Source: Sulfurimonadaceae bacterium
Lineage (GTDB): Bacteria; Campylobacterota; Campylobacteria; Campylobacterales; Sulfurimonadaceae
Assembly: GCA_041553195.1 (NCBI GenBank)
Contig: JBFEJN010000004.1
Location: forward strand, 3,036 to 67,035
Length of the DNA: 64,000 nucleotides
Direction: 5' to 3'
Shown: positions 1-9,186 of the stretch, in pieces
Layout: each line of letters opens with the position of its first letter
Numbering within the stretch: position 1 is the stretch's first letter
Notes under the pieces: generated by a model
Told to the model about the DNA's origin: nothing
What the model saw: the letters and a program-made list of their open reading frames with translations, nothing else
The model's database searches: none
Translations under genes and position numbers: made by a program

Positions 1-40
1 GAATAGGGCGGCAAGCAGCTCTGATTTTCATAATATTCAT
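1..40 (-). CDS. 5' end of a gene running off the window (MNIMKIRAACRPI...)
   Basis: ATG at 40 on the minus strand with GGAG 6 nt upstream; frame open to position 1; too short to assign a product. Confidence 0.5.
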   Translation of the reverse strand, partial: MNIMKIRAACRPI

Positions 41-183
41 AATACTCTCCAGATACGTTTTAGTTCGCGCATTATAGTGAAACTATAGTTAATATACTTT
101 CAAGTTATGCAATTAATCAAATACTTTGATGAATTTTTATGTATGGTCTTGGATCCGAGCAGACGTTAACCGGTATGCAGTGG

Positions 184-591
184 TCAGAAAGCTCCACCGG
201 TAAGTGACGCCAAGGCAAAATAGACAAGCGGTGTATAGACGACAATGGAAAGATAGGGCATCAGCGGGTGAAGCGGTGCGATCAACATTGCCGACATCTC
301 GGCGGAAAGCTCTTTTTTCTCAAAGATCTGCTGGAGAAGCAGTATCTTGGTGGCGATGTCGACGGTCTTGATAAAGACGAGTGCAACGGCGCTGAAGGCG
401 AGGTCGGTGACCATGGCGAGGCCGATACCGAAGTAAAAGGTGGGATGCATCAGAAAAAAGAGGATGATGTTTTTGTTGTAGTAGCGATAGAGTTTGGCCA
501 GAATGCCGATAAGGTTGTCTGCTTTTTGCCACTGGACCTCGAAGAGTTCCAGGGCGATATAGACGATAAGCAGCAAGTAGATATTTTCCAT
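184..591 (-). CDS. Hypothetical integral membrane protein
   Basis: Several hydrophobic segments; start moved to the internal Met (MENIYLLL) because the ORF-track extension runs into the adjacent repeat. Confidence 0.7.
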   Translation of the reverse strand: MENIYLLLIVYIALELFEVQWQKADNLIGILAKLYRYYNKNIILFFLMHPTFYFGIGLAMVTDLAFSAVALVFIKTVDIATKILLLQQIFEKKELSAEMSAMLIAPLHPLMPYLSIVVYTPLVYFALASLTGGAF

Positions 592-656
592 GACGTCATT
601 ATAACGGATATTAGCGCTTAAGCGTAATAAGGGCTCCGTAGACAAATCAAAAGAAA

Positions 657-1008
657 GCTTGTCCACGAATTTCACGAATTAGAGCCTGGTAAAATTAGTT
701 TGAAACATTTCAAGAGACAATAATTTCTGTGAAGTGTATTGTTTGCGTTTGCTGTAATTGTACTTGTCCTTAAAATCATCATTATTAACGACTTCGTGTT
801 CATTCGTGTAATTCGTGGATAAATCAAAAGAACGGTTGTCCACGAATTTCACGAATTGGCACGAATTAGAGCGTTGGTAAATAAGTTAGTGAGTATAAAG
901 AGATAAAAATCCAGTTGGATGAATTGTTGACGTTAGATAATAATGCACTTGCTCTTAGTATTATCATTTTTAACGGCTTCGTGTTCATTCGTGTAATTCG
1001 TGGATAAA
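657..1008. repeat. Two tandem diverged copies (~657-823, ~836-1008) of a ~170 bp element with terminal inverted repeats
   Basis: Left end TTGTCCACGAATTTCACGAATT and right end TTCGTGTTCATTCGTGTAATTCGTGGATAA in both copies; internal segments alignable. Confidence 0.85.
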
Positions 1009-1145
1009 AAGAGAAAGAACGTTGAGACGGTTCTTTTGGTCGGAAGAGGGGTTTTAATTGCAGGTTACCCATAGCGGATGCTCTTTTAGCCAGAACATAC
1101 AAGCAACAAGATAAAATAAATAATATTTTTTATAAAAAGAAGACA

Positions 1146-1877
1146 ATGATTGAATACTATATAACAACCGGTGACGAGAGTGCTGTCAAAACAGAATTAG
1201 AGATGGATTATGTTGACGAAGCGCCGCAGCAAGAGCGTCCGTGGCTGCTTTGGGCCTTTGTCAAGATGCTCGAAGTCGACGAGATGGGTTTTCCGACCGC
1301 CGCAGAAGCCCAAAAGCTTGCGCGTGTCACGGAAACGCTGAAAGAGACGCTCTCCAAAGAGATCGATGCTATCGGTGTCGGACAAAAGTACGAAGACGGC
1401 TGGCTGGAGCTTTACTTTTATGCCCCTAGTGCCAAGAAATTTCAGAGCATTGTCGCCAGCGTGCTGGGTTCCGACTTTGTCAGCGACATCGGTTCCGCGA
1501 GAGATGCCAAGTGGGAACACTACCTCTACACACTCTACCCGAGCCCTCTGATGCTGCAGCAGGTACAGAGCCGTCATATTATGGAAGAGTTGAAAGAGGC
1601 GGGCGATGACCTTACCAAAGTGCGCGAAGTCGAGCACTACCTCGGCTTTTTGACCGAGACCAATGCCAAACGCGTGGCGGAGACCCTCTACCTGCACGGC
1701 TTTAAAGAGAAAGAGATCAGTTATAACAGCAGCGAAGAGTACGGGTACACGCTGATCGTGACAAAAGAACATGCCATCGATGCCGAACTGTTGGAAGAGC
1801 TGGCCTTTTTGCTGATTACTGCGACTGAAAAAGAGAACGGCATCTATGCCGGATGGAGCACGGGAGTCGCCTCTTGA
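1146..1877 (+). CDS. DUF695-like protein with C-terminal RraB-like domain
   Basis: Acidic protein; ELYFYA, D.KWEHY..LYP and REVEHY motifs resemble DUF695 plus ribonuclease E inhibitor RraB. Confidence 0.65.
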   Translation: MIEYYITTGDESAVKTELEMDYVDEAPQQERPWLLWAFVKMLEVDEMGFPTAAEAQKLARVTETLKETLSKEIDAIGVGQKYEDGWLELYFYAPSAKKFQSIVASVLGSDFVSDIGSARDAKWEHYLYTLYPSPLMLQQVQSRHIMEELKEAGDDLTKVREVEHYLGFLTETNAKRVAETLYLHGFKEKEISYNSSEEYGYTLIVTKEHAIDAELLEELAFLLITATEKENGIYAGWSTGVAS

Positions 1878-1882
1878 AAGAG

Positions 1883-3706
1883 ATGTTCAAGATCAAAGGC
1901 ACCTATGCCTATATTGTGGCGCTATTTTTAAACGCCTTTACCGATCTTGGACATAAGATCATTATTCAAAACACCGTTTTCAAGATCTACGACAACCAGG
2001 AGCAGATCATCCTGACGGCGATCGTCAATGCGCTGATACTGCTGCCCTTTATTATGGTCTTTACACCGGCCGGTTTTCTCTCGGACAAGTACCCTAAAAA
2101 CAAGGTCATGCTCTATGCGGCGGCCTTGGCGATCGTGCTGACACTCGCGATCACCGCGTCGTACTATATGGGGCTGTTCGAAGTGGCCTTTGGCTTTACC
2201 TTTTTGCTGGCGATGCAGAGTGCGATCTACTCGCCGGCGAAATACGGCTACATCAAAGAGCTGGTCAGCAACAAGTTTATTTCGGCCGGTAATGCAGCGG
2301 TACAGGCGGCAACGACCGTCGCGATCCTTGCCGGTATCGTTGTCTATACCCTGCTGTTCGAGTCCACATTGGGAACCTTTACAAGCGCCGACGACATTAT
2401 GCGCCAGATCGCGCCTTTGGGGTGGCTGCTGGTACTCGGCTCAGTGCTTGAGTTCTACCTGATGACCCGTCTGCCGAACAAACAGCGGGTCCCCTCCGAA
2501 CGCAAGTTCCGTCTCGGACACTACCTTTCGGGCTATTATCTGCGTAAAAACATGAAAACCATAACCCGAAAAGGCCCTATCGTCGAAGCCATCATCGGTC
2601 TCTCCGTCTTTTGGGGCGTCTCTCAGGTCGCTTTGGCGATCTTCGGCGCCTACGCGAAAGATCAGCTGCAGATCACCAACACGGTCTATGTGCAGGGCGT
2701 CTTGGGCCTTACGGCGATCGGGATCATTCTCGGCGCCATTATCGCGGCCCGTTTCTCAAAGTTCTTTATTCATATGGGACTGGTGCCGTTCAGTGCGCTG
2801 GGTATGACGCTGAGTCTGCTCTTTATTCCCATTCTGCACCATATCGGGCCGATTGCGGGGCTCTTTTTTACCTTCGGGATCTCATTGGGAATGTTTATTG
2901 TCCCTTTGAACGCCTTTATCCAAAAGCATGCACCGGGTGTCCACCTGGGAACGATACTGGCCGGTAACAACTTCATACAGAACATCTTTATGGTCACCTT
3001 CTTGATGGTGACGACCTTCTTTGCCTACAAAGGGCTCAATGCGACCGGACTTTTTTATGTTATTGCTGTTCTGAGCGGCGTGATGGCACTCTATCTGGCC
3101 CGAAAACATCAGCTTATTCTGGTCTGGTTTATCGGTGAGTTCCTGTTGTCGTTTCGGTACAAATTCGTCTACATAGGGCAGGGCAATGTGCCCCATGACG
3201 GGGCGGTCCTTTTGGCGGCCAACCACATCAGCTGGCTCGACTGGATCATTGTGCCCTTCGCGATAGAGCGGCGCACCGTCTTTATGATGGACCGTACCAT
3301 CTATAACTGGCCGATAGCCCACCACTTTTTTAAGTGGGGCAATGCCATTCCGGTCTCTGCCAGAGGGGCGAAGGATGCCTTTAGAATGCTGAAAGAGCGC
3401 ATCGACAACGGCAATATAGTGACGCTCTTTCCTGAAGGTGAGATCAACCGCGGCGAAGAGCTGCAGCCGTTCCAGCGGGGGTATGAGATCGCGGTCAAAG
3501 GCAGTGACGGGGTGATCATTCCGACCTATATCGGCGGGATGAACGGCAGCCGGCTGTCGCGTTCAACCAGACATTTTGTCGAGAAACGCTCCCTGTGGCG
3601 CCGTGAAGTGACGATCATCTACGGCGAACCGGTGCCGATGAGCACCAAGGCAGAGGAACTGCAAGCAATAGTACAAAAACTCAAAGAGGATTATTATGCA
3701 CAATAA
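1883..3706 (+). CDS. MFS lysophospholipid transporter (LplT-like) fused to a PlsC-type acyltransferase (Aas-like, no acyl-ACP synthetase domain)
   Basis: About 12 TM segments with GFLSDKYPK and YSPAKYG; C-terminal NHISWLD and FPEG acyltransferase motifs; start set at MFKIKG. Confidence 0.85.
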   Translation: MFKIKGTYAYIVALFLNAFTDLGHKIIIQNTVFKIYDNQEQIILTAIVNALILLPFIMVFTPAGFLSDKYPKNKVMLYAAALAIVLTLAITASYYMGLFEVAFGFTFLLAMQSAIYSPAKYGYIKELVSNKFISAGNAAVQAATTVAILAGIVVYTLLFESTLGTFTSADDIMRQIAPLGWLLVLGSVLEFYLMTRLPNKQRVPSERKFRLGHYLSGYYLRKNMKTITRKGPIVEAIIGLSVFWGVSQVALAIFGAYAKDQLQITNTVYVQGVLGLTAIGIILGAIIAARFSKFFIHMGLVPFSALGMTLSLLFIPILHHIGPIAGLFFTFGISLGMFIVPLNAFIQKHAPGVHLGTILAGNNFIQNIFMVTFLMVTTFFAYKGLNATGLFYVIAVLSGVMALYLARKHQLILVWFIGEFLLSFRYKFVYIGQGNVPHDGAVLLAANHISWLDWIIVPFAIERRTVFMMDRTIYNWPIAHHFFKWGNAIPVSARGAKDAFRMLKERIDNGNIVTLFPEGEINRGEELQPFQRGYEIAVKGSDGVIIPTYIGGMNGSRLSRSTRHFVEKRSLWRREVTIIYGEPVPMSTKAEELQAIVQKLKEDYYAQ

Positions 3707-4064
3707 ACCAAAACACAACCTGTTTAACAATACGATCTATGCTCTGGAAGGTCTGGTGGACATTACGAAACATGAGACCTCTTTTAAATGGCAGATACTG
3801 CTGTTTGTTGTCGGCACGGTCGTTGCCTGGCTTTTACCGATAGGCACGGGTTATAAATTTATATTGAGTATTTCATTGATCATTCCGGTGGTGGCTGAGA
3901 TCATCAACAGTGCAATAGAACGCGTTGTCGACCTGGTGACGCAGGAGTATCACATTTTGGCAAAACAGGCGAAAGATGCCGGGGCGGCAATCGTGTTTGT
4001 CTCCCTTGTCACTTTGGCTGCCATCTGGCTTGCGACCTTGGCAGTGGCCTTTTCGCTGGTGTAA
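3696..4064 (+). CDS. dgkA: Diacylglycerol kinase
   Basis: HETSF, EIINSAIERVVDL and AKDAGAA motifs; 3 TM segments. Confidence 0.9.
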   Translation: MHNKPKHNLFNNTIYALEGLVDITKHETSFKWQILLFVVGTVVAWLLPIGTGYKFILSISLIIPVVAEIINSAIERVVDLVTQEYHILAKQAKDAGAAIVFVSLVTLAAIWLATLAVAFSLV

Positions 4065-4065
4065 A

Positions 4066-6582
4066 ATGGCTGCCCGACGCGTCGCACTTTCTGTTGCATT
4101 GTCGCTTGCTCTGGGCAGTGTTGCGCATGCCGATGTGCAGATCTTCGGCGTCTCCGATAAAACGATCAATGCGATCCCTGTCATTCCCAAGAATGAGGCG
4201 CGGGGGATCAAGGCCTTTCAAGAGCTGAAACGCCCCCTTGAGAGCAACGTCAGCGACGGGTTTGACACGTTCGACCTTACCACCCATGGCAACAAAGATG
4301 CCGCTATTTTGTCCGGTCTCAACGTCGATGCGGACAAAGCCTCTGTTCATGAAAAGGGGTATAAACGTCCGCGTATCGGTCTGGTGTTAAGCGGCGGCGG
4401 TGCACGAGGCGGTGCCCACCTCGGCGTCATCAAAGCGTTTGAACGTCACAACATCCCTATCGACGCTATTGTCGGGACAAGTATGGGCTCGTTTGTAGGC
4501 GGGCTGTATGCCGCAGGATTGAGTACCAATGAGATCGAACGCAAGCTGACAACGATGGACTGGACGAAGGTCATTACCTTTGACTACGACCGTACGCAGA
4601 TTCCGTTTCGTCGTAAAAAACTGCAGCGCGCTTTCCCTGGGAACGCGATGGTCGGGGTCAACGCCGACAATGAGATCGTCTTTGGAACCGGTCTTTTTAA
4701 ACGTCAAAACATGCTGAAATTTTTGAAAAATGCCACCTACAATGTGAGCAATGTGCATGACTTTGACGACCTTCGCATTCCGTTTCGCTCTGTCGCAAGC
4801 CGTCTCGAAGACGGCGCGACCATCGTCTTGAGAGAGGGCTCCCTGGCAGACTCTATTTATGCTTCGCTTGCCATCCCGGGCGGGTTCGACCCTATTACGA
4901 TCAATGGCGATGTCCTTGTCGACGGCGGAGTGGCTGACAACCTGCCGCTTGATGTCATGCGTGAGGAGATGCAGGTCGATTACATCGTTGTTGTTGACAT
5001 TTCAACGCCGTATGACGAACATGCCAAGTTTGACAACTACATCTCGGTCATGGGACAACTCGTCAACATCCTGATGCGTAAAAATGTCGAAGAGACGATA
5101 GCGGGTATGGCGGGTCATGACAATGAACTCCTCATCGTTCCTGACCTTACAGGCTATACACCGCTCGATGCAGACAAGTACCCGGAGATCATTGCGGTAG
5201 GCCGTGCCAAAGCCGAAGAGGTCTATAACAGAGATCTTTCCCCCTTGAGTCTGTATGAGAAAGAGTATTTTCAATACCTTGCCGATCGGCCCCAACCTAA
5301 AAAATATGTTCCGCCCGTCATCGATAAGATCGTCATCGACAACGATACCTACCTGAACAACGAGAAGATACGCGCTTTGCTGCATGTCAAGCTGGGCGAA
5401 CCTCTGGACCACAAACAGCTTGACAGTGACATCGAGAGCATCTACAATCTTATGCTCTTTGACGATGTCACCTATAAGGTCAAAGAGGAAAACGGCATCC
5501 ATGTCCTGCATGTCATCACAACACCGAGTTGGGATGTGAACGGGCAGATAAAGTTTGCCCTGGGTTTTGAAGACAACTTTGACGGCCACAGTGACTATTC
5601 CGTAAAAGTCGAATACCGTAAATTCGGTCTCAACAGCTACGACGGCGAGTGGCGTACGCGTGTTGAGTTCGGACAGCAAAACCTTCTGTATACCGAGGTG
5701 TATCAGCCCATTGACCCTTATGGAACTTTTTTCGTGCGCCCGACGCTGTTTTACAGTAATGAAAAGCTGTATGTGACCCCGGAGCTGCTTGTCGGCGATG
5801 TGGTAGACAGTGACCTTGACCAGAGTGCGGTCCTGCAGGCAAAAGAGTACGGGGGCAGCCTTGGTCTGGGGGTCAATATTACCGATGACCTCAGAGTCGA
5901 AGCAGGCGCAATACTAAAACATGTCGAACCGTCGACTGACCTGCTTTTCTACGATACGGTTTCGGGGACAGCTGCATTTGAGACGGTCAGTGCAGAAGGG
6001 GATGTTGTCAATGCGTATGCTGAAATAGAATACGACAGCCTTGACAACGCTTTTTTCCCTCGCAGCGGTCATCGGGCTGACGTTAAATACCTCTATACAA
6101 ACCAGTTTTCGGAACCGACTGCGACCCTTTCACAATATTTTATTGACATGGCGGGGGCCTACACTTTTGGACGTCATACCTTCTCGCCACGGCTTGAATT
6201 CGGTCGGACCTTTGACACGACAGACCTGGGCAGTTCACAGGACTTTTCGAACTATTATACCCTTGGAGGCCTCTTCAAACTTTCCGGTCTGCCGACCAAT
6301 GCGCTCACCGGGAACAATTCTGTCTTTGGCGCCTTGGTTTATCGGTATCGATTGACGCAAGACGGTTTTTTCGGTTCGCTCTCGATGCCGCTTTATACGG
6401 GTGTCAGTTTGGAGAGCGGCAGTGCCTGGTACGGGACCGGCAGTTTTTCAACAAATAGGTTACTTTATTCAGGAAGTGCTTATATAGCTGCAGATACCAT
6501 TATAGGCCCCTTTTATTTGGGCGTAGGTACGACAGAGTTTGATTATTACAGTTTTTATATCTCATTGGGACAATCATTTTAA
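4066..6582 (+). CDS. Patatin-like phospholipase-POTRA-Omp85 barrel protein (PlpD-like, type Vd)
   Basis: Signal peptide; GGGARG, GTSMG and DGG patatin motifs; POTRA-like segment; beta-strand-rich C-terminus ending YISLGQSF. Confidence 0.85.
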   Translation: MAARRVALSVALSLALGSVAHADVQIFGVSDKTINAIPVIPKNEARGIKAFQELKRPLESNVSDGFDTFDLTTHGNKDAAILSGLNVDADKASVHEKGYKRPRIGLVLSGGGARGGAHLGVIKAFERHNIPIDAIVGTSMGSFVGGLYAAGLSTNEIERKLTTMDWTKVITFDYDRTQIPFRRKKLQRAFPGNAMVGVNADNEIVFGTGLFKRQNMLKFLKNATYNVSNVHDFDDLRIPFRSVASRLEDGATIVLREGSLADSIYASLAIPGGFDPITINGDVLVDGGVADNLPLDVMREEMQVDYIVVVDISTPYDEHAKFDNYISVMGQLVNILMRKNVEETIAGMAGHDNELLIVPDLTGYTPLDADKYPEIIAVGRAKAEEVYNRDLSPLSLYEKEYFQYLADRPQPKKYVPPVIDKIVIDNDTYLNNEKIRALLHVKLGEPLDHKQLDSDIESIYNLMLFDDVTYKVKEENGIHVLHVITTPSWDVNGQIKFALGFEDNFDGHSDYSVKVEYRKFGLNSYDGEWRTRVEFGQQNLLYTEVYQPIDPYGTFFVRPTLFYSNEKLYVTPELLVGDVVDSDLDQSAVLQAKEYGGSLGLGVNITDDLRVEAGAILKHVEPSTDLLFYDTVSGTAAFETVSAEGDVVNAYAEIEYDSLDNAFFPRSGHRADVKYLYTNQFSEPTATLSQYFIDMAGAYTFGRHTFSPRLEFGRTFDTTDLGSSQDFSNYYTLGGLFKLSGLPTNALTGNNSVFGALVYRYRLTQDGFFGSLSMPLYTGVSLESGSAWYGTGSFSTNRLLYSGSAYIAADTIIGPFYLGVGTTEFDYYSFYISLGQSF

Positions 6583-6593
6583 AGGATGAAATT

Positions 6594-7775
6594 ATGGCAA
6601 CAGTTTTGATTATCGGAGCCGGTGGCGTTGGTGGTGTAGTCACCCACAAATGTGTGTTAAACAAAGAGACGTTTACAAAGATCGTTTTGGCCAGTCGACG
6701 TCTGGAAAGTTGTGAAAAGATTCAGAAACAACTGCCTGAAGGTGCTATTGAGATCGCACAGGTCGATGCGGACAATGTGGACGAAACAGCGGCACTGATC
6801 GAAAAAGTGGGCGCGGACATCGTTATCAACGTCGCGCTTCCGTACCAGGACCTTAGCATCATGGACGCCTGTACCAAAGTCGGTGTCGACTACCTTGACA
6901 CGGCGAACTACGAACACCCGGACGAAGCGAAGTTCGAGTACAAAGAGCAGTGGGCGCGTGACGGTCAGTTCAAAGAGGCGAACATCATGGGTCTTCTCGG
7001 CAGCGGGTTCGACCCGGGTGCGACCAACATCTTTTGTGCCTACGCGCAAAAACACTACTTCGATGAGATCCACACCATCGATATTCTGGACTGTAACGCC
7101 GGTGACCACGGTTACCCGTTCGCAACCAACTTCAACCCGGAGATCAACCTTCGCGAAGTAAGTGCGAAGGGGCGTTACTGGGAGAACGGCACGTGGATCG
7201 AAACAGAGCCGATGGAGATCCACATGTCATGGGACTACCCGGAAGTCGGTCCGAAAGAGAGCTACCTTCTCTACCACGAAGAGATGGAGTCACTGGTCAA
7301 GCACATCAAAGGGCTTAAGCGTATTCGTTTCTTTATGACCTTCGGCGAGAGCTACCTCATGCACATGAAAGCACTCGAAAACGTCGGTATGCTGGGCATT
7401 GAACCGGTAGAGCACAAAGGGCAGAAGATCATCCCGATAGAGTTTCTGAAAACGCTTCTTCCAGACCCGGCTTCTCTTGGTCCGCGCACCAAAGGCAAGA
7501 CCAACATCGGTATCGTTGCCGAAGGTCTTAAAGACGGTAAAAAGAAGAAGATCTACATCTACCAGGTCAGCGACCACGAAAAGTGCTATGCAGAGGTCAT
7601 GTCACAGGCCGTCTCGTACACAACCGGTGTTCCGGCAATGATCGGCGCAAAGCTGATGCTCGAGGGCAAATGGCAGGGCAAAGGTGTCTTCAATATGGAG
7701 CAGCTTGACCCGGATCCGTTCATGGAGGAGCTCAACAAACAGGGCCTTCCTTGGAAGATCATCGAGCTGGACTAA
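6594..7775 (+). CDS. Carboxy(nor)spermidine dehydrogenase (saccharopine dehydrogenase family)
   Basis: IIGAGGVG Rossmann motif, YLDTANYE, GFDPG, VSYTTGVPA; nspC lies nearby. Confidence 0.88.
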   Translation: MATVLIIGAGGVGGVVTHKCVLNKETFTKIVLASRRLESCEKIQKQLPEGAIEIAQVDADNVDETAALIEKVGADIVINVALPYQDLSIMDACTKVGVDYLDTANYEHPDEAKFEYKEQWARDGQFKEANIMGLLGSGFDPGATNIFCAYAQKHYFDEIHTIDILDCNAGDHGYPFATNFNPEINLREVSAKGRYWENGTWIETEPMEIHMSWDYPEVGPKESYLLYHEEMESLVKHIKGLKRIRFFMTFGESYLMHMKALENVGMLGIEPVEHKGQKIIPIEFLKTLLPDPASLGPRTKGKTNIGIVAEGLKDGKKKKIYIYQVSDHEKCYAEVMSQAVSYTTGVPAMIGAKLMLEGKWQGKGVFNMEQLDPDPFMEELNKQGLPWKIIELD

Positions 7776-7793
7776 GAAGTCAAACTCGACCTC

Positions 7794-7923
7794 ATTCCAT
7801 CTCTTTGGAGATGGAATTCACTGCACTCTACAACACAGCAACCTTCATACCACACTATGTAAAGAACGATCAACCAATATAAAACAATGACATAGGTCTG
7901 CATTCATCTCCACTGAGATGAAT
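7794..7923. repeat. Pair of related perfect hairpins (REP-like) between convergent genes
   Basis: ATTCCATCTC-tttg-GAGATGGAAT at 7794-7817 and ATTCATCTC-cact-GAGATGAAT at 7902-7923. Confidence 0.7.
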
Positions 7924-7950
7924 CGAGTGGGGATCTGTGTGGGGAAAAGC

Positions 7951-9120
7951 TTAGAGTTTGGGCTGCAGATTTGCGCGGTTTATCTCATCCGTTGCTGCCG
8001 TATTGACGTCGGGCAGGCGTATCGGCTTTATCGAGTTGTTGTTTTCGTTTGAACGGTTTGTGTCTTCTGGGCGCTTGTGCTCATTAGGCAGGTCCGTGAC
8101 GTTGGCGACTTTTAGGGTTTCGGAAGGCTTGCTTTCTTGCGACAGCGTCGTCAAATCGGTTGCATGGGAACTCTCTTTGTCTTCTTCCGAGCCGTTAATG
8201 GAAGGGTTATCATCTTTTTTACATTTGTCAGCGATCTTTTCAGCAGGCTTTTCCTTCTTTGGAAGCAGATACTTTTTGTCGGCGACTTTGATGTTTTTCC
8301 AGCCCGGAGGCTGATATTGCGGATCGTCAAGCGTATAGAACTTGTTGCTTTTGATGACATAGTAGAGACGTTTGACATATTCATGACGAAGTTCTGAGTA
8401 ATGGTCAAGGTAGGGAATAAGCTCAAAAGGGTTGTCTGTGTGCAGGCGTGCAGTTCTAAATTCGCCATAGGCACGGCCTTTGGCCATCATGCGGTAATAG
8501 CCCTCAATAGAGTCCTCAAGATTGGCATACTTTTTGACGTAGATGGTCTTTTCACCGTTTCGTTGAACACCGGCAGCAATGCGCGGCTCATTTTTGTTGT
8601 AGGACCAGATACCAAAGATGTTGTTGGCTTCTCGGTAGAAACGCGAACTTCCCCAGCCCGTTTCGAGCGCAGCCTGAGCGATAACGATACTGACAGGATG
8701 TGTTCGTAACCGTTTAAGCAGACAGGGAATGCCGTCGACCTTATAACTCTTTTTGAGCTTATCGATCGTTGCCTTCTCCGAAGGGGTGAGCTTCTTTTTA
8801 AGGCTGAGTCTATAGACCATATTGTATTGGGCATCAAGACGTTTTTTGACCTTGGTAATGGCTGCAATGGTCTTGTCTAAAAAGATGCGTTTTGACTTTG
8901 CTGTGATGGCGGGTGCTTTATAGACTGTTTTTTTAATGGCAGGTTTCGTTTTAGCAAGGTTTGTATGGGTATTTGTATCGGTTTTGTCCGAAATATTTTC
9001 GATTGAGGTATTTTGCTCATCGAAGATACCGGTTTCCTGCAGGCCGGTAAAGACGGCGTACATACTGGCGACTAGTAAAAAAGCCATTATGGCTAAGACG
9101 GTCTGCTTCATTTCACTCAC
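7951..9120 (-). CDS. Glucosaminidase (GH73/Bax-like) domain protein with low-complexity C-terminal tail
   Basis: N-terminal TM segment; IAQAALETGWGSSRF, ANNIFG and LDHYSE motifs. Confidence 0.82.
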   Translation of the reverse strand: MSEMKQTVLAIMAFLLVASMYAVFTGLQETGIFDEQNTSIENISDKTDTNTHTNLAKTKPAIKKTVYKAPAITAKSKRIFLDKTIAAITKVKKRLDAQYNMVYRLSLKKKLTPSEKATIDKLKKSYKVDGIPCLLKRLRTHPVSIVIAQAALETGWGSSRFYREANNIFGIWSYNKNEPRIAAGVQRNGEKTIYVKKYANLEDSIEGYYRMMAKGRAYGEFRTARLHTDNPFELIPYLDHYSELRHEYVKRLYYVIKSNKFYTLDDPQYQPPGWKNIKVADKKYLLPKKEKPAEKIADKCKKDDNPSINGSEEDKESSHATDLTTLSQESKPSETLKVANVTDLPNEHKRPEDTNRSNENNNSIKPIRLPDVNTAATDEINRANLQPKL

Positions 9121-9186
9121 TTTTTCTGCTTGTTTAGCTAAAATACAAACAAATTAATAGCGTTATAATAACGAAAAAGTGAGAGA

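Noticed and set aside
640-1010. CRISPR array interpretation of the repeats
   Set aside because: The intervening segments are homologous to each other and ~100 bp long, the repeats are inverted arms, and no cas genes are present.
866-1102. 78 aa minus-strand ORF
   Set aside because: It is a translation of the repeat element (PRITRMNTK) with no coding signal.
3976-4065. N-terminal extensions in the ORF track (also at 1853, 10980, 13654, 17244, 35761, 48689, 54943, 58177)
   Set aside because: Downstream starts have a better RBS or give the expected family N-terminus or signal peptide.
5002-5679. 225 aa minus-strand ORF and the many similar nested or antisense ORFs in the track
   Set aside because: They lie entirely within well-supported genes and have no recognisable features.
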